A stretch of DNA of 64,000 bases from Azolla caroliniana (GCA_043228905.1 JBHGNT010000020.1:9858001-9922000), one strand, 5' to 3'; numbered from the stretch's first letter, positions 14,575 through 29,000 are shown. A program made the numbers and translations. The notes: generated from the letters alone by a model not told the origin.

Positions 14575-17500
14575 ACAAAAGACTTTCTATTCAATAGAAA
14601 CAATAATACAACACCCAACCTCACAAAAAGGTTACTAGGTCACTATATATAGTGACCGACTTAGGGCAACTACCCTTTATGCTAATTACACAAATGGCCC
14701 AAACTTGAGCTATACAAAGGGATAGTGTGAATACGTCCATTATACACTTGTATTCGACAGTGACGTGGTCTTCAATGAAGACTCAATACTCACCAACTCG
14801 ACCCAACCAAAGAAAGTCTGCAAAAAGGTCTCATTTGACCTTGACAAATTGGTCGTAGAAGGGCCGACCAACAAGGCCGAATCGGCGATTCAACAAACAG
14901 TCGAAGACGACCAAGTCAGCGACCCCCCTGCCGAATCCTAATCGCCAAGAGGTCCTCAGTCGAATTCAATTCGACAAAAAGATTGAGAAGGGTTGAATCA
15001 GAAGAAACAACCGAAAAGGACAGAGTTGATCAAACAGAGTCGAATCGCTCAAATTTCCCAAACAAGCTAAGGTACCAAATCTATCACAAGCTAAATCACT
15101 TAATCCTAAGCCTTTATTCCATGAATATCCTCTACAATTCCAAAACATGATTTTCAAACTTGAGGTAGTCCCATTGATCCGAGGAAATGACGTGGTCTTC
15201 AATGAAGACTCAATACTCACCAACTTGACCCAACCAAAGAAAGTCTGCAAAAAGGTCTCATTTGACCTTGACAAATTGGTCGTAGAAGGGCCGACCAACA
15301 AGGCCGAATCGGCGATTCAACAAACAGTCGAAGACGACCAAGTCAACAACCCCCCTGCCGAATCCTAATCGCCAAGAGGTCCTCAGTCCAATTCGATTCG
15401 ACAAAAGGATTGAGAAGGGCTGAATCAACAGAAACAACCGAAAAGGGCGGAGTTGAAACATATAGAGTCAAATCGCTCAAATTTCCCAAACAGGCTAAGG
15501 TACCAAATCTATCGCAAGCTAAATCACTTAATCCTAAGCCTTTATTCCATGAATATCCTCTACAATTCCAAAACATGATTTTCAAACTTGAGGTAGTCTC
15601 ATTGATCATCACTTACTATGCATTTTAAGCTCCTTTTCTAGTTGTGTAGGTTTGCCTTCTTCGCGCATGCTCTGTTGGGGTTTGATCTTCTATTACAAAG
15701 AAACTTGTACCCTTTATGTGTACTTTGCTACTATCTAATATTATACCTCTTTTCCTATCATTTAAGGTTGGGTGCAATGAATATCTCAACGTGATTCTCT
15801 CTTTAGTCTCTTCCGACCAACTCTATGTGGTCCATATACCATAACATCATGCATAGACAATTTTATGATGTTCCCTTCAAGCGTGAGTTCAATTTTTAAT
15901 TCTTCTTCTTGCATCCTTGTGTTTCCTTAATGGGGACATATCTCATTTTTTCTCATTTGGATCTTCTTTTGCCATATAAGTAAACGTATAAGTCTAGATT
16001 TCATCTCAACATTTGTTTTGATTAGTGATTCTTTCTCAGCTTCCAAGATTGTCATTTTAGTCTCTAGTTTAGGCATGCAAGTATATTGGATTTGCAATGT
16101 TGTTTTCTTCATAGCTAGTACTTCCTCTTTCAAATATTTAATCTCCATGTTTTGCAAATGGTTGAAGCATAATTTCTCTCTCATTACGATCATGTACTTC
16201 ATTTTGCAATTCTACCATTGGTCGTTATAAATTTTGTCATCTCAAGGTGTGCACCATTGAGAGGACATCTATTGATCGATGGAGTTCCACCTCAACATTG
16301 ATATTGTGAGCCAAAGGCAACAAAATTTTAATTACCTAAAAAAGACAACATAAATAAAAAAATGCAAAGGAAAATCGCAACAATTAAAACTATACAAATT
16401 CTTAAAAGAAACTCAAATTAGGAATTAATCAAACCACTCCTTCACCTCTTGGTCTCTTCTAAGGTTGGCAAACTTGCCTCAGGATCTTACAAAAAGCTCA
16501 TTGATGGTTTCAAGAATCGGCCTTGATTTCCAACAAGAGCGCCAAAATAGATGTGTCGTCTCAAGGTGTGCACCATCGAGAGCTTATATATTGATTGATG
16601 GAATCCTACCTCCATGCCAATATCATGAGCCAAAGTATTCAGATCGTCATATACCTTATTGGTAAGGAACAAGGCAAGTGTTGTTGTCAATCACTCTTGA
16701 ACCACTAGTTACACAACCCTAACCTCACAACGCACTCACACTTCCTCATGTCAACTCTCAATCAAGAGAGTAATTAAGTCCTAAAAAGAGCTTAAAAAGT
16801 ACACTTATAAACATATAAGTAATAGATAAACAATATATGCACACTAATGTCCACCTCGTCTTGATTATATAAGAGTCTAAAATACACATAGAAGAGGAAG
16901 AGTGACTAAGGTATAGATAATATGCATTTAACATTAATCACTCTACTCAAGTGAAAGATTCAAGAAAATGAGAAGAGAGAGCCCATTTTTAGGAAAACCC
17001 AAGAGGGAAGAGAAGCTACAAAAGTCACCAAGCGTAACTTTTATGGCTTTTTACAAGGAAGTTTGGCTTATATTACATTAGGTTGTTCCATTGAGATTGG
17101 TCCCTACAACAAGGCCAATGTCTTCATGAATCGTGCTAATATGGCGAGTGTTTAACATAAAGACATATACATGGTTGAAATTGTTTCAATGGTCAAGGAA
17201 TGTGAGATTCCACTTTAATGTTCCAATACCTCATCAACAATCTTTGATGCCCTTTGAGCCATGGTGGATACTATATCGAATTTCTATAAGAAATGTTTCA
17301 TATATGATCTATCACCATTCCTATTCTACTTTAGATTGTCTCGCTCATATCTTTTATCTTGCATGTCAAAACGATTGCCTCGACTTCTAGGTTTTCAATA
17401 TGCAAAAATGGTCACACTACCATGTTGTTGTAGTGATATATTCCTTTGATAATGAAAAACATAAAAAGACAGAGATCGAGAATATGATAGATTTTAAGGA

Positions 17501-20500
17501 ACAATACTTGTGTGAGGACAATGCTTGATTCTTGACGAAAGAAGAAGAAAAAGAGTTTCAGTTGTAATGGTGGTTTTTAAATGGTATGAAAAGAGCAAGA
17601 CAGTAATTAAGGAAGCTTTTGATGGAGATTAAGGTAGAGGTATATATAATAGACATTAGAAGCAACTTGTCATCATTGCACATGGGTCGTGTCTTAGTTT
17701 GTTATATACGTAAATCCTTGTAGATGAATAGATATAGTCATTTGGCGGGCTCATGTTGTGGACTCATATTTTTTTAACAACAAGAAGGGTTTACAAATGG
17801 TAGTCTATGTCAACATCTAGATGTGCATGGATGTGTATTAAAGTGCAACAAGAAGAGTCATTAGATTACACGATACTATCCTAATCATTTTAAGATTTGA
17901 TTTGACAAAAATATATTCCAAGTTTGCAAGGTCTTATAAGTGATGCTTGATTGTGGAATTTAGACTTTAACATTTCTAAACGAAGAAAAGGGGAATGAAA
18001 GAAGAATAGAAGAAGGAGAAATTATGGAATAAAATGTGGAAGGTGGAGATACTGAAAGGAAAAAGGGTGAGAGATGAGAAGGGAGACGGAGTGAATGAGG
18101 AATGACAAAAGAGAAAGCATAGGAACAACATCAAAAAAACCAATGGTAAAAGCATTAAATAACATTAGGAAAAACAAAACAAATAAATGGGGGCATTGAA
18201 TATAGGTGTTGTGAGTTGCTTGACGTGAGGAAAACAAAGTTAAGGGAGATGAGAAGTAATTGAGGCATCAACCAGACATATTTACTAGATTTCATGCGTG
18301 AGGAAAACAAAGTTAAGGGAGATGAGAAGTAATCGAGGCATCAACCAGACGTATTTACTAGTTGGAGGAAGCAAAGATAAAGCTGCGGGAAAGGATGTTG
18401 GAGAAGAACCGCATGCTGTTTCGAAGGACCGCAGCATGGTGGGCTAGAAAAGATGACAAGGTCAACCGCCATTTCTTTCACTACAGGGCACCCAAGGGTG
18501 GAGGTGGACATATACAAGGGCTTCGCAAACCAGATGGTTCAATAACGGAGGACAAGGATGAGATTCTGCATATGGCGACAGAATACTATTGTGACCTGCT
18601 CGCACCTGTGCATATGCAACAAAACATGGAGCTGGCTGAGAGGGTGTTGGCTTGCATTCACCCCAAGGTAACCCACGAGATGGAAGTTGTGCTCGACAAC
18701 ACCATTTCTCAATTAGAACTCTTGGAATCACTTAGGGAATTGCGGAGAGGAGCATGCCCCGGCCCCGATGGTCTCTCACGAGATTTTTTTGAGATTCATT
18801 GGGACACTATTATCCCGTCATTGGAAGCCGGGGTTCAGGAGATTTGGGCCTCAGGAACGGTGCCATCTGGCATGGCTGAGGGGATGATCTATCTCATCCC
18901 TAAAGCGGCAGGGCGAAGCCTAGAGCTGCGCCAATGGCGTCCAATCACGATCCTTAACACGATATACAAGATACTTGCAAAAGTCTTAGCTAGGCGGATA
19001 GCAAGCTTCTTACCAGACATCATTCACGAGAATCAAACTGGGTTTATCAAGGGTAGGTGTATCTTTGATAATGTATTTCTTCTCTGGGAAGTTATGGCAT
19101 TAGCAGATCGTGCCGTATCGAGCTCGGCTATTCTGCTGTTAGACTTTGAGAAGGCCTACGATAGGGTATTATGGCCGTTTTTGGAAAGAGTGATGAGCGC
19201 TATGGGCCTACCCCAACAATGGAGGAATTGCACTTCTGCACTCTATCGGAATGCTTCTAGTAGCGTGTTGGTAGCTGGTGCTAGGGGCCCTGCCTTCCAA
19301 CTACATCGCTGAGTGAGGCAAGGCTGTCCCCTACCTCCATATCTCTACCTATTTGTCATTGAGGCTTTCTCTGCTTATTTACAAGCACCAAGCAACGGAT
19401 TGAGGGGATTGTCCATCCCCAATGCGTCTGAAGATCTGCTGCTATCTGAATATGCCGACGATACGGTCCTTTTCTTGCAGGGCGATGACGCGAATCTGCA
19501 GCGGGCTGAACAGCTTGTTGAGGACCTTTGTCAGGCTGTTGGAGCCAAGATCAATTGGGATAAAACCCAAGGCCTCTGGTTCAGCGAACAAAAGAAGCCA
19601 AGGTGGCAACCCCACGCTGATTTTGCATGGGTCCCTGCTGGGATGACATTCAAATACCTAGGATTTACGATGGGGAGGGCAATCCCCAAGGGAGTGCAAT
19701 TGTCACATGTGCAAACCAAAATAAGCAAGAAGCTGATCCAATGGAGCAGATCTAAACTTTCCTTCGCTGGTAGGGTTCTTATTGCGAACCAAGTGTTGCT
19801 CGCCACCATGTGGCACTCAGTCTCCTGCTGGATTATGGACCCCTCAAGTTTGCACGCGATTAAGGCTGCCATCAGGGGGTTTATATGGTCAGGTAAGGAC
19901 AACCCGTTTGCTGCCGCCAGAGTGTCATGGCATTGGTTAACACAACCGCGGGCCAAAGGGGGGCTTGGCCTCATAGACCCCTTAATGCAGAGCCGAGCAT
20001 TGCTAGCCAAAATGGTGGTTCGATGCCTCTTGCCAAGTAAGGGGTGCTGGAAGGTACTACTTCGCAATAGGCTGCAATCAGGGACGCCCAAGTATGGTAG
20101 ACCTTGGCCAGATTCCTTGAATTGGTGTTGCACGAGTGGAGTCCCTCCCAAGTTGGCTTGTCAACCGGAGGAGAGGGTCACGAACTCCATCTTGTGGGCA
20201 TGGTGTCACGTAAGACGTCATTTGGTCAAGCACACGCCAGAGACACTAGTCGAGTGGGCTAGACAGCCATTACTTTGGAACCCTCAAGTGCGGTCAAGTG
20301 GTGACATGATGTTAGGGCAGCTTAAGGGCCTAGCCTGGGGAAAGTTGGCACAAACAGGGCTCCTCTCTATAGATGATTGGAGACGCACGGTGGCTTCAGG
20401 AGGGGACCAGGAGGTCCCTTTCCCTCCCCTCAAGGGAGCCATGAAAATGCGGAGATTGATAGCTGAGGCACTTGATAGGGTCTCGATGGGGGAGGTGAGA

Positions 20501-22709
20501 GAAGATACATGGTTCAGTCTCTTTGATGAGACTGGTGTGGTTAAGTTGCTGAAGGGTGTGAGTGGATCGGGATGAGATACAATTTTTGGGGAGAGGCAGA
20601 GTAGGGGCTCTTGGCACCCAATCCGCGTGGTGGCGCAGGTTGGTAACATCTGGAAAACAGACCCGGATGTTGCTAAGGTGGAACCCCATTGGAAGTTATG
20701 GGTATATGGTGGTTGTCCCCTCATTGAGCTAGAATGGGACCCAGGGGATTTCAGGTGGAAACAGGATGGCAGACTTCGCCATTTCTTCGAGTACAGCACT
20801 AAATTGGGTCGGACTTTACAATTGCAGCTAGATGGCCCCTTACGCAATGGTTGGCGTACATTGGGCATCCCTGATGAGGTGCTCATTACTTTTTGGAAAG
20901 GTCTCTGGCGTCTCCACATGCCTGAAAAGATCAAGTTTTTTTGGTGGCAGATCAATCATAATGTGGTTCCCATTGGCGAATGGTTAGGTAAACGTGGTGG
21001 CCCGTTAGGCTGCCCACTCTGCCCTTCACCTATTGAGACTCTGAGGCACTGTCTATGGGATTGCTCTCAAGCTCAAAAGGTATGGGATAGAGTGACTCGC
21101 CTCCTTGTGGCTTGTGAAGTGGAAGGAACCGCATCGTGGAGTATTGCGGCATGGATTGATCACTCCGACGATAGGTGGACGGACGCCTTCAATGCGGATA
21201 GTTGGTGCTATGTATGCATTGGAGGCAAAATCGCCAAGAATCGTTATGGAAGAGGCTTGCAGTCCGCATCCCCTAGGTTCTCGGAAATTTGGATGTTGAT
21301 CGCAGGCTTCACCATGTGGTATATATGGAAAGTGCGTTGCCTGAAGGTTTTTCAGGATCTGGTGCGACCCCCGGAGGAAGTGATCATGGACATATGGTTT
21401 GCTCTTATCAGCTGCCTACAAGGGCAGTTGGACGAGGTTTGCAGCCATTCCAACGATGTGGTCACTGCCCGTTTGCGCTTTTGGCAAAAATGGCGGAACA
21501 CGCCTATGGTGACACGAGGAAGTGGTCTGAGGTGGAACTACCAGCCCCCACGTTGGTTGTTTCCGAGTCACTTGCCGCCCTCCCTGCGGTGTAGGCCCTA
21601 GGAGGTGTCTCGTACTAGCCAAAATTGACGGTCACCATTTTTAGCTATAGGTATCTGCTTATATTGAGTAGTCAACCCATTATGCTAAGTAACTAATCTC
21701 ATTTTCTTGTACTTGCTCGGAGGGAGATTTCCCGATTTGTATATAAGCCCCGTGTACAGTCTTTTTGTAATAATCCTTCCTAACTAATGGGAAAGTAGCT
21801 TCATTTTGGAAAAAAAAAAACATAACGGTAGACATTAAAATGCAATAGGTTATATTCGTCAACATGTTGTATGGATCTATCTAGTATTACAATAGTGGCC
21901 ACAAGGTGGCTTGTATGCATAGACGGAGTTAGTAGATGCCATATTTTGCAAAGCGAGTTGTAAGGTGGTACATAGTGCACCTAGGAGTGTGTACTCATTA
22001 GGTTAGGGGTGCACTGCCCAACATGTCATTGCAAAGAGGATATTGATATTGGTGCCAAGGATGCAAGTGTAGAGACAAAAGACGAGAACACAAGAGAGAT
22101 CACTATAAAGTTAAAGCCTTGTGGCTACCCAAGTGCAAAAGGGGCCAATAAATTTGTGAAGGATTATAAATGTCACTTTTGTGTGTTTTTAGTTCTTTTT
22201 ATAAAATTCTAGGACTTATGCTAGAGCTTTTCTCTCCCTCTCTCTCACTTTACTTGATGCCAAGAACTACTATTCTTGTATGTGTTTGTGAGGATTCTTG
22301 ATTAATTGAAGCATTGTTAGGTTGTTTAAATGCATTCTTACATGTTATCAATTATATGTTAATGCTTAAGCCTTAATTGAGTTATTAATTAGCTCGCACC
22401 ATGGTATAGAAGTGTTTGCATCATGAGTGTTTGACGATCACTCGTGCCCATTTCACCAACAAAAGGGTAAACCAAGGCATGTACAACACACCTCAAGATG
22501 ACATCTCTCTCTTTCCCTCTTTTATCGTAATTAGCTTACCCTAGTGGTAAGTCCTTATACACTACATCGTGGGTTCGAAACCCAATTTTCTCACTTTCTA
22601 TTACATACTCCATAGATATCTCTTATTTCACTAGATGCCATTGTGGAATGTAGGGGTTCAACCCATGACCACCTGGTCTCCATTGGGAAACCTTACCAAC
22701 TGAGCCACA

Positions 22710-22747
<38 letters not shown>

Positions 22748-22978
22748 TGTCGAATTATGGGAGCATGATACTCAAAGGATTCAAGGTTTAGGAAACTTGT
22801 TGAGAATCGAACTCAACTTCCCATAGAGAGAGCGTTCACACTAGTCAGTGGACATTGTACTAGGATATTTTTGTAATTAGTAGAAACTTGGGCACTTGCC
22901 CTAGATCAGTTGGTATTTAAACCAACCCTTTGTAACTTAGTTACTGTTGGATGTAATATACAGTTTCTTGTTTAGAGT

Positions 22979-23064
<86 letters not shown>

Positions 23065-26000
23065 TCTCTTGTGCACACACACATACACACAATCCTTCCG
23101 CTGCACAGAATCACCCTCGATCCTTTACATGGTATCAGAGCACGTGGTAGCTTGATCCAATCCCATGGCCTTTACGTGTGTTGTGCTCAAACTCGTAGAA
23201 AACCAGTTGATCGTTGTAGCAACAATTTCTGAATAGCTCGCATCAAGAGTAGAAGAAGTTCGACAATGAACACCCAGATGGGAAGCGCTCTTCCCACTGA
23301 GAAGCTCGATAAAACAAACTTTGCATCTTGTGAGTACAAGATGCATCAGTACCTTGTCAAACAAGGTTACTGGAGCTACATCGAGGGTGCTCACGAAACA
23401 CAACCCAACCCAACACACAGTGACTACCTAACGTGGGAGTAGGCCGCGAGCCGTGTGTTGTATTGCCTTGTGTCATGCGTCCATGACCACATGTTCGACT
23501 ATATTCGACACTTGAAAACGCCGAAAGAAGCTTGGGGAAATCTCAAGAAGATCTTTGCGGTCAATACGGCTCCACGAAAGCTCCAACTTCGACAAGAGGT
23601 AAACAACATGCAACAGAGAGATATGTCGATCACCGGCTATACCTTGAAGATCAAGGAGTTGTGTGATGCCCGCTGATCGATCAATGTCACCATCGACGAT
23701 GACGAAATGGTACAAATATGCCTCGGCAGCTTACCACCATGATTTGACACGATCAAATCGGCCATTCTTGCGAGGGAGAACCCTCCCTCCTTTTTTGACC
23801 TTCAATCGATTATGTTGATCGAAGAAAATCACATTTGACAAAGGACCAATGCACCTGATGGCCAGATGCTCTACTCATAGTCGGATGATAGAAGAGGATT
23901 CAGATGTGGAAATAGAGGTCGGTTCGGACGAGGCCGACATGGTCAACCGACCCAAGAGTGTAACTCCCACCAATAGCAAGAGGACAGGAACAATCCTAGA
24001 GAGTTCGGTAGAGGAGTGACGAAAAACAACCTGATCGACTACGGGTACTGTGGAAAACACGACCACTATGAAGAGGAGTGACGAAAAAAGATATGAGACT
24101 CGGCTTCGATTAGCCGACAACTCACGAACTACGCTTCGAATTCTGACTACGACGATCATGGCGGGATGTTCGTAATGAGGCATGAAGCACATTCGATGTT
24201 GGCATAGGCCTCGATTAGCACCTCTTCTTCGGATATCATACAGTTTGTCGACTCGGGAGCATCCAATCACATGACGTCCCATGAAGATTGGTTCCGAGAA
24301 TTACGAAAGTCCGATTGACCCATTTCGTCATCGTCGATGGTGACATTGATCGATCCGGTGGTGACATTGTTTGTCGTCGTTTCCGAATGGAACATTTCCG
24401 ACATGCCGAATTGGGTGAGTCGATGTCGAAACCGGAGATGATACGACTCACCCAATTCGGCATGTCGGAAATGTTCCATTCGGAAACGACGACAAACAAA
24501 CCTACCTCAACAATGTCTTGCATGTGCCAACCATCACGAAAAACCTAGTCTCGGTTGGCCAGATTGTCGAACAAGGTATGCAAGTACGATTCAATAATGA
24601 AGGGTGCTTCATCGAAAAGGACGATCAAATCATAACACATGGTCACCGAGAAGGCCGAATGTTCATCCTCGAATCAGAAGAGGTGAAATCGGCTATGTTC
24701 GCGAAAGGCCTTAAAGTCGAAACCGACTTGAAACTGTGGCACAAGCGAATTGGCCACATTAACCTACAGAAGCTTCAGAACATGCAATCGACAGGAATCG
24801 TAATCGGACTCCCAAACTTTACCAAGAAGGAGATTATGGGCGTATGCGAGGTGTGCCAGTTTGGAAAACAATGCCAAAATCCATTCCCGAAAGAGAGGAA
24901 TGTGAGTAAAGGGATCCTGGATGTAGTACATTCAGATGTGTGGGGACCGGCCCAGACTACAACATTCGGAGGTTGCCGCTACTATGTCACGTTCATCGAT
25001 GACTTCTCTAGGCACACCTGGATCTACCCGATAAGACAGAAGAGTGAAGTGTTTGGACACTTCCAAAGGTTTAAGAATGAAGTCGAGAAAGCCACGAGCC
25101 GACATGTATGTTGCCTTCGATCGGATGGAGGCAAAGAATATTTCTCGGACGAGTTCTCGACACATCTCCGAAAGGAAGGTATACGACAAGAATTCTTGTG
25201 TCGACATACACCTCAACAAAATGGTGTAACCGAACGGAAGAATTGGCACATAGTAGAGGTTGCACGGGCAATGATGAATGAGAAGAACCTACCGAAGTCG
25301 TACTGGGTAGAAGCGGCGAACACAGTCGTATATCTCATGAATAGGTGTACAAACTCTAGGGTACACGACGTAACCCCTCATGAGAGGTTTTTTGGAAAAA
25401 AGCCAGATTTATCATATGTCCGTATTTTCAGCTCAATCGCCTATGTGCATATTCCCGACGAGACGCGACAAAAGCTCGGCCCGAAGTCGGAGAAATGTAT
25501 CCTCATAGGGTACTCACTCGAACAGAAGGGGTACAAATGCTACAACCCATCTACCCGAAAAGCTCGAGTGAGTCGAGATGTCGTTTTCGACGAGTCGGCA
25601 TCATGGTACGATCATTAGACGACTCCGATTTCTACTCCAGTCGACCCGGAATTGGCCAAACGAGAGATAGAAGATGAATTTCGACTCGGACACATGTTCG
25701 AAGAAAGTCTGATTACGACAAGGCTTAGTGGACCACAGGAGCCCCCAAATGACCAAAGCACATCTCGGCCGAGTCTGAAACTCGACAAAGGGAATGCCAA
25801 GAGTCAACTCACTCCCTCGATAGTGAGTTCGAAGGCCTTGACATCTGGACAAATGGAGTGACTAAAGTATTTGTTTCTGCAAATGAGAAGCTACGTCGGT
25901 CCACCCGCCAAAAGAACCCCGTAAGCCGATTTGACTACAATGAGTACATGGCGTATCATTATGCCTTTATGATGAAGGTAACAACTGTCCGAGAGCCGGA

Positions 26001-29000
26001 AACACTTTCCGAAGCTATGAAGGACCCGTGATGGGTCGACACGATGAATGAAGAAATGTAGGCCTTGTGCAAAAACGAGATATGGGACCTTGTTCCCCAT
26101 TCACCTCACAAGAAAGCGATTGGTTGCAGATGGATCTATAAGGTCAAATACAATGCCAATGGCTCAGTAAATCGCTTCAAAACACAACTTGTCACCAAAG
26201 GATACGCACAAACACACAGAGTCGATTACGAGGAGACCTTTGCCCCGATGGCAAAGATGACAACTATGTGGACCGTAATTGCACTCGTAGTAGCGAAAGG
26301 GTGGCATCTCTACCAAATGGATGTCAAGAACGCCTTTCTTCAAGGTGAATTAGAAGAGGTGTACACCCTAAATCCATCTACCAACTCAAGAAGCTGATTT
26401 ATGGCCTCAAACAAGCACCGCGTGCTTGGCATTCGAAGATCAATCAGTATCTTCACCAAATCGACTTTCGAATGTCGAAATCGGACAACTCCCTGTACAT
26501 CCGAAATGAGCTGCACAACCCGATTGTCATTATCCTATACGTGGATGATCTAGTAATCAGAGGAAAGGATCTCTCCGAGATCATTAAGGTCAAATCACTC
26601 CTATCCGGCAGATTCGAAATGAAAGACCTGCATGAGCTCCATTACTTCCTTGGCATCGAAGTAATTCGAACACCAGTCGGGATATTGATCTCTCAACGGC
26701 ACTAGGTTCTCACCTTACTCTACAAGTTCAGAATGACCGAGTGCAAACCAGTGTCTACCCCGCTCGACCGAAATATCAAGCTCGATGTCGAGTCGAGCAC
26801 ATCCGAGTGCGATCCAACTTAGTATTGACAACTGATCGGCAGCGTGATTTATCTAACCATCACTCGACCCGACCATAACTATTCAATCAGCCTACTTAGC
26901 CAATTTATGTAGAACCCACAAAATGATCATCTCGATTGCGCTAAGAGGATACTTTGATATGTCAGTACGACGATGGATTACGACATCATGTATAAGTCGA
27001 ATACGCTTAATATTCGACTCGAAGGGTACACAGATGCAGACTGGGCCGGTTATAAGGCCGATAGACGATCCACTTCCGAATTCGTCTTCTCCCTCGACGA
27101 CGGAGCGATATCCTGGAGCAGCAAGAAACAACCGATAGTCGCATTGTCGGGCATGGAGACCAAATACAGGGGCGCAACAGTCACCGCGTGCGAAGCTGTC
27201 TGGTTCAAACGCATCCTGAAGGACCTGGGCGTTCCCATCATAGATCCAATTCGCCTCTTCTGCGACAACATGAGCAACATCTACCTCGCTCGGACAATTT
27301 GCATCGGACCTTGGTCTCATGATCTCTACATTGCCAAGCTTGATGGGGAGTACAGTAGGCGAGTGCTCATTTATTCCAAGATGATTGAGGATATGTTACA
27401 AATTACAAAGATATAACATGGTGCACACTAGAATGCAAATGGGAAGCTTTTAATAAAGTCATTCAAACAAATGTTTTTCGACCAAACACAAATCTTGGAA
27501 ACGCACCAAGAAATGTAGTTCAAAGAAAAAATGGTTTGATAAAGAATGTTGTAGAAAGTAGCGTGCCGAAGCAGGTATGAAGATGGAACAAAAGGAAGAA
27601 AACTCAGGTTTAATGGAGAGCTTGAGCTTACGCAGTATACGCGGGAGAGAAAGAGAGAGTGAGAGAGAACATACAGAACTATATTCAACAACAAAATCTC
27701 AATTCACTACAATACACATACGTGTGTTCCATGAACACTTTTATACAAGTCCTCGAAGGATTGACTGAAGTACTGACAGTACTTCAAGGCTCATTAAGAG
27801 CTCCTACACTAACTCCCAAATATATTCCTCACGGAATATCTTTCCTAACGGCCTCCCGGTTTACGCACTCGGCCTAACCGATCGGTCCCAACCGATCCGG
27901 TCCTCGGCTTCTTCAGCCGATCCGGCCGATGTTGAGCTTGTCTCTCAACAAATGTCATAAAGCTCGAAAGTGCCTTATGATTTTGGATGTAGTAAAAAAA
28001 GGTTTATTCAAAGAAAGAGAAGAATATGGGAAGTTACTCAACAATTTCTTCAAACGCAAGAGAAAACCCATGCATGTGCTAGATTTTGGGGAAATCTAAA
28101 GGGAAACATGTTGAGAGTTATGGTGAATTAACTCTTCTTGAGTTGTCTACGCATTGTGAGAATTTAAATGAGCTATCTCTTGCTGCAAAAATGATGTGTT
28201 ATGGTTCTCTTTCACATATGTCTCCCTTCTTTACAATTGAAGATATATGCATAGGACTTAAGAAATTGGTCTCTCGAAAAGCAAGCGATCTTCAATGTAT
28301 AAAGGCTAAAATGCTCAAATGGACAAGAAATGAAGCACATGCATGGATAAGTGATATGTTTAATCATGCATTGCAACATGGTATGACGTACAATTGAACT
28401 ACAGATTGGATCAAACCTTTACGTAAAGGTAGAGATGTAAATAATGTAAACAACTATCAAACCATCATGGTTGGCTTGCTAATGGCAAAACTATTTTGAT
28501 GTATAATGGAATCAAATATAAGTGCATGGGTTAAACGAAATCGTAAGAGAGCTTATGGACAAGCTGACTTTCAAAAACACTATCGCACCATTGATGACCT
28601 TATTACCTTAGAGGTAAAGGTTTGTATTGTCGCTTTGTAGATTTCAATAAAGCTTTTGATATGGCATCTCATGACCATGTTTGGAGGCAAATGGAATAAC
28701 TTGAGGTGCCAAGTGAATATATGCTTGAAATTTCCCGAATATATGAGAAGGTTATATGTTATGTGCCTTTGAGCAATAGACTTTCAAATTTTTTCAATAG
28801 TACTATTAGTGTTAAGCAAGGAAGCCCACTCTCACGAACTCCATTTGGTTTATGCATTGATGAATTGGAAGAAATGGTTGCCAAGTTTGTAAAGGAAAAA
28901 GGTATTGAAGTTATCATTGGGAATGTTGTCATTATGTTTTTGTGTTATATGCGGATGATGTAGTGCTTTTTGCAAATACTTTAGGGGATGCACAAAAGCT

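Larger units (their letters stand above)
9231..14759 (-). mobile_element. Intact, very young Ty1/copia LTR retrotransposon B (Tnt1-like), 5529 bp
   Basis: LTRs 9231-9531 and 14457-14759 differ only inside the (AG)n tract. TSD GTGAC at 9226-9230 and 14760-14764. PBS-iMet at 14443-14454; PPT next to 9532; single uninterrupted ORF. Confidence 0.98.
6658..15040 (+). mobile_element. Degenerate Ty1/copia element A: 5' LTR ~6658-6976, PBS, gag-protease-integrase; interrupted by element B; RT and 3' LTR missing
   Basis: TGTT...AACA LTR followed by tRNA-iMet PBS TGGTATCAGAGC at 6979-6990. Broken gag (7093-7850), WLLDS protease and integrase motifs. The frame LIRRSD|VVFNED resumes at 14760 after element B. 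Confidence 0.85.
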
